Below are positions 15,001-25,000 of a DNA stretch of 64,000 nucleotides, one piece after another (the stretch's first letter is position 1; the number at the start of each line of letters is the position of its first letter). The DNA lies in NCBI GenBank assembly GCA_040954595.2, contig CM082588.2, forward strand, positions 1,107,935 to 1,171,934, read 5' to 3'. The notes beneath the pieces are model-generated. The model was not told the origin of the DNA. It worked only from the letters and a program-made list of their open reading frames with translations, and did not search any database. Both the position numbers and the translations under genes were made by a program. The DNA is from Balanoglossus misakiensis (lineage: Eukaryota; Animalia; Hemichordata).

Positions 15001-15065
15001 AAATGTCAATTTTTCGACTTCGCGAAATTTCAAAATTTGGTCATTTTTTGATAAAAACCATCGGT
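76..15065 (+). repeat. Tandem satellite DNA array, 88-bp monomer, about 170 copies
   Basis: Consensus CATGAAAATCATCCAGAAATGTCAATTTTTCGACTTCGCGAAATTTCAAAATTTGGTG(C/G)TTTTTCGACAAAAACCATGGGTTATAGCT (88 bp) is repeated head-to-tail. The last copies diverge (ATTAAAATC, TTGATGAAAAC, GGTCATTTTTTGATA) and the array ends at about 15065. Confidence 0.99.
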
Positions 15066-15443
15066 TTCCTGAGTCAATTATCTCAACATCAAGGTAGTGT
15101 TGGGTTAATAAAATGATACAGACACGAGTATTTCATTTTTATCTATTTCATTGAAAATTTTAATTCCAAAGTTTTGAAACCACGAACAAAAGAGGTTACA
15201 TGTATACAGTATTATCTGTAGACTTACAATATGAAAAGAAAACCATGTTGATATAAATACTGGAATACAACGTGCGAAAGCAATGGATATATGACATATC
15301 TTTAAATATAAAAAAGTCATCTCCAGCCAATAATCCATGGGTCTTTGCATCTGCAAAACAATGTATAGAAATGAATGTCTATAATATACATGAACATGAA
15401 GCAAAGCATGATCAACCGTGCGCAAAGGATATTGGGATCGGCC

Positions 15444-15529
15444 AAAATCAATTCGATACCACACATAAAATTAATTCGACACAACACATAAAATTAATTC
15501 GACACTATACATACACAAAATTAATTTGA
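15444..15529 (+). repeat. Short 23-bp tandem repeat (about 3.5 copies)
   Basis: AAAATCAATTCGATACCACACAT / AAAATTAATTCGACACAACACAT / AAAATTAATTCGACACTATACAT / partial AAAATTAATTTGA. Confidence 0.85.
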
Positions 15530-15771
15530 GAACGACATGTTAGCAAAAATTAAATATAGTCTACAGAAAATGAATTCCAGCAAAGATAAGCTAAAGTAAT
15601 TAATTAGAACACATATATACGCATCACCCTGGCAGTTTCCCCGGCCCCTTGATTGACGACCAAGAAGAAAGGGGCGCGGCATAAACATGATAAAGATAAA
15701 CCAATAACTTGCTTTCCATATATGAACTGCAACTTTCGCTTCCTGCTGCTTGACGCCCACCCCTGTATCGT

Positions 15772-15784
15772 GATTGGTCAGTTT
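15772..15784 (+). promoter_or_regulatory. Inverted CCAAT box (GATTGGTCAGTTT) upstream of small GPI-protein gene A
   Basis: 13-mer about 150 bp upstream of ATG 15923; the identical 13-mer lies upstream of the paralog (19256-19268). Confidence 0.55.
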
Positions 15785-15922
15785 CTAAAATTCCTTACTA
15801 ACATCCACTGTAAGAAACGAGGCATTTATCTCTGCTAGCGCCACTCGCAGACCCGGTCATCTAGTTGGAAGGAAGGCAGCAGTCCAAGAAGTGTAACTGT
15901 CAGTAGCTGAAGTCAAGTCACC

Positions 15923-17328
15923 ATGAAGACTCTTGTAGTTCTGCTCGTTCTCTCGCTCGTGGCACTCATCCAGTGCCAGTCTGCAGCCCCCTCTAATGAA
16001 ACCAGTGCCGTGACGGAGGAGGCACCTACCGCCGAACCGGCTCCAGGAAACAAAACTGACGCAGGAGCATCAGCCTCACCAGAAGCAGAACCAACTAAGG
16101 TATATAGAATACCCTTTAGATCTTGTCTTAGCTGTACGTGTTTGTCGTATCGTCACCGTGCGCGAGTGCCGGAAATGTTGGCCAAGTGCGATAGATGCGG
16201 GCACGTATTTTCTGCAAAATTCCGAGAGTAAAACATGTTTTTAAATGTGTAAGGTGGATGGCGATTCCTTCTCGACATCAAGAATAATCCAATTTGCTGA
16301 TGTCGAACCGTTGCCCCACCACGCCCTTGGTAGTCTCACTGAAAACACGCGGCCAATTGGGGGAGTGGTGAGGACCAGCGTTGTTTCTAGTGTAGTTAAC
16401 CCGCTCCAGCATAGTTTCTTCCAAGTTTGTCGTTTTTAACTTAACGCCGACCGTATAAAAATATAAGTAGTTGACTAGTTTCTTCACATACTTAAAAGGG
16501 CATGTGATGATCATTACCCATTACAGTTCACACGAACAATCCCTGTGTGCATTTGATACATCGATTGTTCATGACATAAAGATTGCCCAGTAATACATGT
16601 ATTACTCATGAACACACGCGCATTGAAATATTGTATTGCAATGGTGGGCAGAAAAGTTCCCATCTTTCCCTGTTTCCATGTTAAAAAATCCGAGCCATAA
16701 AGTGCTGTAGAAGCGCGAAATATCTTTGCAGTCGTTAAAAGATGGGTGTGGTGTGGAATTTGAGAATGGCGGATTCCGATGGTCCCCAGGAATATGACTT
16801 GTTTATTACATCAAAGCGTGCGAAAGCCTTATCATTATACGTGGTCACAGATTTTATATCGAGGACTGGCATTTTACACGAAGGATGCGGCTGCTTTCGG
16901 ATAGGATTTCCATCACGCTCATGGCACGTGGTTTGTTCGTGGTCGGGAAGTCATGCTGTCAAAAAGGGAGTGTCTGTCCATCATCCTATCCGCATGGCTA
17001 GGCTGGTCTGTCTCCTTAAATGTAAGAAGCGGGAGGGCTAAGGAAGTCCCGACTCTATGGCTGGCGAAGATCGTCGACGGGGGGGGGGGGGGACGAGCAT
17101 TCCAATTCCCTGGTCCCAACGATTTCTTGATTTATTGCAGGGCCAAAAATAATGCAAGGATAATCTTAAGTTTCTGAAATGTTGTCGATTTATTGATTAC
17201 TAATTGCGCTTGTTTTTCTTCCCGCTTTCTTCTGACAGGTTATGACTACTACCGAAGCATCCGCCATTGCCATATCAACCAGTTTTGTTCTTCTCATCTC
17301 ATCACTGGGCTTCGCTCTCTTGGCGTAA
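15923..17328 (+). CDS. Small secreted, predicted GPI-anchored mucin-like protein A (88 aa, 2 exons: 15923-16099, 17239-17328)
   Basis: Kozak CACCATG. Exon 1 MKTLVVLLVLSLVALIQC/QSAAPSNETSAVTEEAPTAEPAPGNKTDAGASASPEAEPTK ends at phase-0 donor AAG|GTATAT. Acceptor TTTTCTTCCCGCTTTCTTCTGACAG precedes exon 2 VMTTTEASAIAISTSFVLLISSLGFALLA*. Hydrophobic C-terminus with no cytoplasmic tail; N-glycosylation sequons NET and NKT. The paralog has the same structure. Confidence 0.88.
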
Positions 17329-17554
17329 TGTCATCACGTGACGGCAACTGTTTCACGTACAACAAATCCGATGTCTTCCATGAAGTAAAGCGCTGAGTCA
17401 CCGCCTCCACCACCAGACGAACACTAACATCTTTTCTAAAAAGTCGCGTTGTCATAATTTCATGAAGATGGGTGAACTCCTGTCAGAGGAAACGGGTGAT
17501 CCGTAGCTATGACAACACGCGTACTAGTTTGGTGACATTGACGCGCATTTTTAA

Positions 17555-17643
17555 GCGGAATTGGTGCTGTAGCCGCGCCAAACTTCACTTCGAAGAATTG
17601 ACAACATCCAACATTCGTTATACGGCTACAGCATCAATTTTGC
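17555..17643 (+). other. 21-bp stem-loop / inverted repeat in the putative 3' UTR of gene A
   Basis: GCGGAATTGGTGCTGTAGCCG (17555-17575) pairs fully with CGGCTACAGCATCAATTTTGC (17623-17643), using three G-U pairs on the + strand; 47-nt loop. Confidence 0.75.
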
Positions 17644-19255
17644 CATAAACTTTAAAACTGAGACTTTTTTACTGGATAGATAATTGTAGAGCTTTGGGCT
17701 TCTCCGCCCTTTGCATTCAACAGAACATTGTGTCAAATCACTTTCCTGGCAATTGCCTGTGGATCGAAACGGGTTTGTCTACACAGAGGAAGAAGGGAGA
17801 CAGGAAATGCCACGGTTTGAAACAGCTTGTTCTGTTCGCTTCGCCAGTACCCCGAGTGTTCAACCAAGACGGGTCACCATGGCGGCAATATGCAAAGTGC
17901 AGAGCCGCACAAAGCTGCGTAGATGGTAGACATTGTGATTCACCAAAGTAACTTGGAACGCAAAAGCCAGCCTAGGTTTGTAGGCAGCTGTGTAGAATTT
18001 TGAAAGAGTGTTTCTACTTTCAACTTCCGAATCTGACTGAAAAAAACATCAACATGGCTTGTCGAACTTGGGTGGGGTTTTGGCGTGTGTCATCGTTATT
18101 TTGAAGAGTGACATTCAAACATTTATAGGATCTAGGTATTTTTAGAACGAGATAGATTTCTTGTTGGTCTATAGTCCCAATGACGCGTATGACCGGTGAT
18201 GCGACCTCGAATAGCCGAGCGGACTTTCTTCCAACTACAAAATCTCACCACCCTGATTCCCTCTTGTGACGTTACTATAGTAACGATATAACGAAAATAA
18301 TCTATTCTGGGTTTCCAAATGGGCGATATCAAACATCCATCGACTGGTGTCCTGTTACTCGACGGACCGAGTTCCTGTGAACAGTTGAGGCCCTGAATTA
18401 GGTGTTTTTGATACTGTATATATAGTGTAAAAAGTAGTTCACAAGTTTCACATGCTTGAAGGGACATGTGATGGTGATAACCCATTCTTGTTTGAATAAA
18501 GGTTGGGTTTTTGTAATTGATATTTTTGTCTTCGTTCATTTTATGTGTGTCAACCCCCGAGACGAATAGTTCTCCCCTAATGTAGAGGATAGTTGGCTGT
18601 GTGCCACGATCCCTGATCTGGACATCTGTCTGACATTCCTTGCAGATTGAATTTCACAAACGACGCGATCCAGGACCTTGCCATGAGCATGGAAAACATG
18701 TGGATGCTTTTGCTCAATAAGGGGTCACCCATGTGATCTCGAGGGGGGCGAGGAAAAGGATATGAAAACTGTTTTGTGTCGACCATTGTGATCGCAATTT
18801 CTTCCTATGTCACATTGATGGTCAACAGATATGACTGAAGATTTGAATTAAAGCAATATGTGATATTAATGTATCGTGGCACCTGTGCATCTGCCGGGAC
18901 TAAAAATAAAGTCTCAGAATGATAACTGGAAGTTCTTTTCTATCAATGTACATCATGGGATTGGCATTCAGAGGAACTTCTTCTAGCAACAACACCAGCA
19001 TAAAATAGAATGATAAATGTCAATACAATGTACATACATGTATTATCAAGTGAGAATTAGAGATTGATAAATTTAGCGCAAAAGAATCTGACTTCCTTAT
19101 AAAAATCCCTGACGGCGGCAGTTCCAGAGATCAAGGAAGCTACTATGTGCTGGTCAATGTGGATCAGGGATGAAATGCATCACAGCAATTTTTGGTCTCC
19201 ATGGAAGCAAAAAGCAACGCCCTCTCACTGGTCTGTTGACTGGTCGCGTTCTTGC

Positions 19256-19268
19256 GATTGGTCAGTTT
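19256..19268 (+). promoter_or_regulatory. Inverted CCAAT box (GATTGGTCAGTTT) upstream of small GPI-protein gene B
   Basis: Same 13-mer as upstream of gene A, about 110 bp before ATG 19370. Confidence 0.55.
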
Positions 19269-19369
19269 TTCAAAGCCCTCGCCCCAAAGACCCGATGCAG
19301 ATAGCGTACTGCAAGTTTCTTCTTCTACCGTTGAAACCACAGAGGCATCTAGCGTAGTCTAACCCAAGC

Positions 19370-20564
19370 ATGAAGACAATCACAGTTTTTCTGTTACTCT
19401 CCGTTGCCGTCGCTGTTCACAGCCAAGGTGAACAGGACCCAGGAAGCCAAGGTTTCCAAACCATCGCAACCGAAAGAACAGCCGGCCAAGACAACCCTAC
19501 CGCGGAAGAACCACAACAGTCATTCACAGACTCGCCTTCAGATGCCATTGCAAAGACAACTCAGGCAAGAGTGGAGGACATGGTAAGTTTATTTCCTGGG
19601 CGTCTTGCAAGAAAAAAAACAAGAGTACGAGTAACCATGACAACGTTACGCCAGCGATGAGTATATTTTGCTAGAAAAGTCCAAACAAAGTTTCGATCAA
19701 TGATGGTTGGGAATCTCAGCATTTCGAGCTGTTTCCTAATCAACGATAAATCACAGACCAATGAGAACAGTGTTCATGAAGATGTATGGATCAATGTACC
19801 ACCACGCCCCTATGTTCTTGTACATTTGGAGTCATAAATAAGCAGACGCGGTTATTAATCACTGAAACTCAGGGTCGGTTGGAGGTCGCGTGGAATAATT
19901 ATGTTTTTGCAAAATTGTTCGCATACGACAATTTTGGTTGATAAAGTTGCATGTTCACACTTCCTGTAGACCACAATTTATATAAAAACTTCCGACGTAA
20001 ATGACTTTTTGGCCAACGACAGAATATATGACTTGAATGCACGTGATATATACGTGCACAAGGTGTGTGCTGGACTATAATAACCTGGGATTCGACATAC
20101 TTTAATACCGACCAGACTATGAATTGAAACAAAATTCCCACAAGTGAAGCGACTTGGGGTGAGACGCGTGATATCTGAAAACGCCTCACTTCCTTGAAGG
20201 TCAGAAGTTCACAAGAGCACACTGATTTGTTGCACAGAGAATGTTGACCAAGCCTCAACACAATATTTCCATTCCGACATCCGATATGCACTGTACAAAA
20301 CTTCGATAATGTCAATACCCAACTTGTTTTAATACTTCAGACAACCAGTCATTTAGTCTATTTCATTGAGTATAACAACATGAGCAAGCTATCAGAAAAG
20401 TATGAAAATAACCAAAATAATGTCAAGAGTGAGAAACTTTCACTTGTTTTATTTTCCTTTCCCAGACACCGAAAATGAACGTGAGCACGCCCAGTTCTGC
20501 TGTAACAGTGTCGTCCAGTTTGGTTCTTCTCATCTCGTCGTTAGCAGCGGTTATTTTGGTGTAA
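19370..20564 (+). CDS. Small secreted, predicted GPI-anchored mucin-like protein B (103 aa, 2 exons: 19370-19582, 20466-20564), paralog of A
   Basis: Exon 1 MKTITVFLLLSVAVAVHS/QGEQDPGSQGFQTIATERTAGQDNPTAEEPQQSFTDSPSDAIAKTTQARVEDM ends at phase-0 donor ATG|GTAAGT. Acceptor TTGTTTTATTTTCCTTTCCCAG precedes exon 2 TPKMNVSTPSSAVTVSSSLVLLISSLAAVILV*. AATAAA at about 21114. Confidence 0.9.
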
Positions 20565-21914
20565 ATTTCATCGGCAGCATTTCTTCTCGCCACCTCTAAT
20601 CATGGTGCCTTCGGACTCATCTTGATGAGTGAAACACGCCAGCGAGGCATACTTTACAATTCCATTCCATTTTTTTAGTTTCAATACGTCTCCATTCTTA
20701 TAACGTATCACTCATGATGGACGTGTCTGATCAGAAGTCGCGCCGAAATCACGGATGTCGCTGTCACTGCTTATCAGAGAAGCCAAAAGACTGGAAATTT
20801 TCAAAAAGAAAACTGAAAACATCTTTCATCAATTCCTGCAATGTGGCCTAAGCTATTCAATTCTCCAGGACTGAGTTTTGTACATCTTCTTTTATTTCAC
20901 TTGGCACCATTCAAGTTTTACTCTCACTTCCTCCAAACTGCGTGATTGCATGACCACGTACTGACCCACCAGACTTTACTGTAATTTGTACAAGTGCAAG
21001 ACTTCTTCAAAACGGTATAGTTTCTGGTGCCGAGGATTGGGCGTTTTTGTATCGATGTTGTTCTTGTAAATGGGATATGTGGGGTATTCAATATCAAAAT
21101 TCAAATTTGTTTTAATAAAAAGTTACACAGTTTGAAACTCGTTTTTTTATGTTTGAGTATGTGGTTACATGACGTGCAACTGTTTTCCCAATCGCTCCAA
21201 GTTGAATTTGGATCTCAAAATAGCGTGTGTATACACGATACACTCGATATAAATGGTAATATTTTGTTATATGTAACGTAATTTACTTCATAGCCATTTC
21301 CATGTCTCAACTCACTGCACGGAGTTATCTACGATCTGTCAGTGCTCTAGGTTTCCAGACATCGAGCAGACTGATTGTTTGATGTTTTACATTCCAGTAA
21401 GATCGACTTTCAAACATATGTCATAAATCATCATGCGTGGGGACCGCGAGGGGTGGTGGTGGCTTCTGACGCGCCTGTGCACTCGCATCACGTACACACA
21501 TATTTGTGGATGAAACGACCTTAGCAACGGCCGTGCGGGGTCACAAGTGTTACGACGAACCGAAGGCCGTAATTCGAGAATTCCAAACCACTCCCCAACA
21601 TCAACCGATGAAATGACGTCGTGTAGAAAGAATGCAGAATCTTCACATGAAACCCAAGTATCAACCACCCACACATCACAAGGGATTGTAATATCAACCC
21701 TCGGGAAATGGAAAATTGTGAGGAATTTAATGGCAGAACAAATAAACGTTTCTGATATTTCAGCGTATATCAGGACGTTAGCTGATATGGACGTGTGGGG
21801 ATTGAATCTGTCGACACCAATTATTTCAGTCAAGGAGGCCTCCCTGAAAATATCGTAAATACCACCAGTTTGTAAAAATTGGCCAAGAACGTCAACTTCA
21901 CAATAAATCTTATG

Positions 21915-21920
21915 TTTATT
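21915..21920 (-). terminator. Candidate polyadenylation signal of the SLC5A gene
   Basis: TTTATT on + (AATAAA on -), about 100 nt downstream of the stop codon. Confidence 0.5.
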
Positions 21921-22017
21921 CTAACAACATAGAAATCAGTTCAGAAAAAAGAACACTATGTACACAACAAATAAAATTTTCGTCATGCGTACTTTGCGAT
22001 TATTTGTGCGCTGTAAA

Positions 22018-25000
22018 TCAGTGAAAGTATCCCACAATTCCACTGGCGATCAGTCCGAGAAGGAGGGCGTTGCCGTTCAACAGCCACCTCCATGTTTTCT
22101 CTACGACTATAGAGGGCGTCCTCTCCTGTACGTGTTCGGGCGTGATGCATGATGAGATTCTAAGGTTTACTTTATGTTGGCACCGTCTTTTACGAGTTGC
22201 ATTGTGTTTATCATCTGATGATAGAGAGAGGGGAACAGAATGATTAATGTCTAAGCTTAAATTTAACTGTAGGGGCACCCCCTTTATTTCAATCCCGCAA
22301 TAAGAGGTAACCATTTGCTTACTTTGATTTTTCAGATCCATGTCTTCGTCTTTAACCACATCTTCGGAATTTTTGGATTTCTCGACATCATCTACCACCA
22401 GGTGATCATGTCTTGTCGTCCAGGTAAGTTTTGCGAGCTGTGATATGACAGAAAAATAAATTCAAAGATTTGCATAAAATATTGATCCAGGATGATATCA
22501 TAGTAATCTTGCCATCACTCTAACACTGAGATCATAACTGATAATTCAGTGCACACTTTTAGCGAACTATAAACATAAACCTCTCTCACCTTGTGCACAG
22601 GAACTCTTGGTTTTGTCAACGCGCTTATCATTATGGTAATCACGGAGCATATTGCCAGTGATATTATACAGAAATACAGGTGGTGGAGACGATGGAGCAA
22701 GAATGGGCCACTCTGCGGTTTGTTGCACGGATCCATGTCTGTCGTCACGTCTACGGCTGCGCGGACGATTCCAAAGGCCAATCCAGACATCAGACCCCAA
22801 TACGCCCCCTGAGGGTGAAATCGAAACAACCAGTTAGATTCTTCCCGGTTACCGTGTCAATGGTTGGTTCCCGTCACATGATGAGCTCAGCACAAAGGGC
22901 AGGTGAAGGGAACATCCATGTACAGAAATCTGATTGGTTGAAGTTGACGAGTAGATTACTCTGATTGGCCATTATACTTCATCCTTATATGATCCCAATT
23001 TTGTGTTAACTGGTAATTAAAATAATGTGTCAACCTTCATTAATATGTCAGCCGGTGATATTAAACAACATACACGACTGAAAAGACTGACAGTGGAGAA
23101 TTAAACATTTATAGACATGTCAGAAGAAACAAACAAACGAGATTATTTCTTACCTCTTCATTGACTCTGTTCCAGGATATCCCCAGTAACACACACGTCA
23201 GTAATGGCGGTGAAAAGTAGGAGTATATCGACTGGATGAACAGAAACAGCTTAGCACCGTTTAAATTTTGAACGACAGGGATCCACCAACACGTGATAAA
23301 ACCTAATGTAAGGACGAATAACCTGAGGAGAAGAAATGAGAATTGGTAATTAATGTTTGACTGAAAGTCCGACACATGTCTCATTCAGTGCTTGTACTCC
23401 ACGTAGCTAAGACGTGTCAAAATCTCACCTGAAGACGTTGATTAATTCTCTGTCGGTTGCAGTCTGACCGCGCAGTCGCTTCCAGATGTCCCAGGTAAAC
23501 GTTGTCGCACCACTGTGAAACACCGCCGACAACGAACTCATGGAGGCCGCCATTACAGTGATAATTAACAAACTGCGTACACCTAAAATACATCAATTGG
23601 ATTGGAGTGAGGCCAGTAATGTGATGACCAAGACAAAACTCACGAAAATCTGGGAAATATCCGAACGTTTAATGAGAAAACTTACCGGCTGGTAGAATTC
23701 TAGATACCAACAATGGATAGGCCATGTGAAAACAACTGTTGGGGTTCTCGCAGGCTAAAAAGCAAGTCACCGGGTCAGCACAGGCAACTTCTCCTGAAAA
23801 GTGAAATTCAAACAACTGGATGAAGAAAGGTTTTATCTTCAGAGGGGTTTACATTTATTTGAAAATTTTGCAATTTTGACCCTTTAAATACGATGTCTAT
23901 GTTTGTGAAGCCTGCGTTGGCATGAAGACTTACCTGCGTATAACACTCTTGAGGTCATGCCGGGAAGGACGAACAGAAACAACGGTAAAATCTGAAAGTA
24001 GCCGGCGATCAGCGTGCTTGCCTTGGCGTGGCCTAGACTACCAGCAGCGAAAGCTCGTTGGGTCATTATCTGAAAGAGGACGTACAAATTAAAATTTTGA
24101 AGAACGAGAATGAAGGCCAATTTTGTCTGAAAGCGCCCCCGTTGGGTCAACAGATTCAGATAACATCAGAAAAAGTCATGTATCGGTGTACGCCATACCT
24201 GTTCGGAGCACCAGTACCACGTCATCACTATGGCAACGCCGAGAAGAGTGCCTGGTCCGGGTTGGTTGTGGTCTTCGATGCTGCGGAATATGCTAAACGC
24301 CCCGGGAGGCGGGTCAGTGCACCCGTCGACCGACCCATTCGGAAACAACGTCGATTTTTCCGGGACGGCGTCGGGATAGCCTTCCCATAGTTTGCCGTAA
24401 CCGCCGACTTCTTTGAAGGCTGAGAAAACAAGACCGTGATAAAATTTTAACACCTGTTATATCATCATCATCGTCATTATCATCATCATCACCACCACCG
24501 CGAAACACAGCGCAATTCGACAGAAAAATAAAACAGAAACTCACCATAAACTGCCAATGTAGTTGCACCGACGAATATAACTGGCGTGTATAGTGCACTT
24601 GTGTATAAAATAGAATTCATTCCACCTACAAACGATCGACAAAGCAAATATTAATGTTCATTTATTTCGAACGAATGCCGAATAAAATCTTGAATATGTT
24701 ATTTGCGTGCATCTTGCTATTGTGTTTTCTAACGAACAAAACGTTCGTCAAGTTAGCAGACAGCTCACTCAATCTGATTGAAACCAGATGAAGAGTTTGA
24801 CTCGGTTTTTACATTGGCTTGTTCTTTGCTGTTCTGTTCTCTGATGTCTGTCGTCTGTCTTCTGTTAAAATATTTTATCGTTCAACATAAGATAAAAATG
24901 GCGGCTCGTAGAGGTTTTGGTGCCAGTCTCCATTTTACCCGGTAACCCGAAGATTAACCATTATCATAACGGGAACACTGCACGTCTGTGTTAGGCGCAC

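Noticed and set aside
76-15065. CRISPR array or CENP-B box interpretation of the repeat
   Set aside because: Monomers are contiguous with no unique spacers and the context is eukaryotic. TTCG occurs, but the TTCG-N4-A-N2-CGGG CENP-B pattern does not.
16100-16231. Cys-rich C-terminus of ORF 15923..16231 (CLSCTC...CDRCGH), zinc-finger-like
   Set aside because: It lies beyond the splice donor at 16100; intron read-through. The spliced GPI-tail exon matches the paralog.
18132-20315. 135-aa and 138-aa minus-strand ORFs (18132..18539, 19899..20315)
   Set aside because: No recognisable motifs; they are antisense to the UTR/intergenic and intron sequence of the GPI-peptide genes and consistent with chance.
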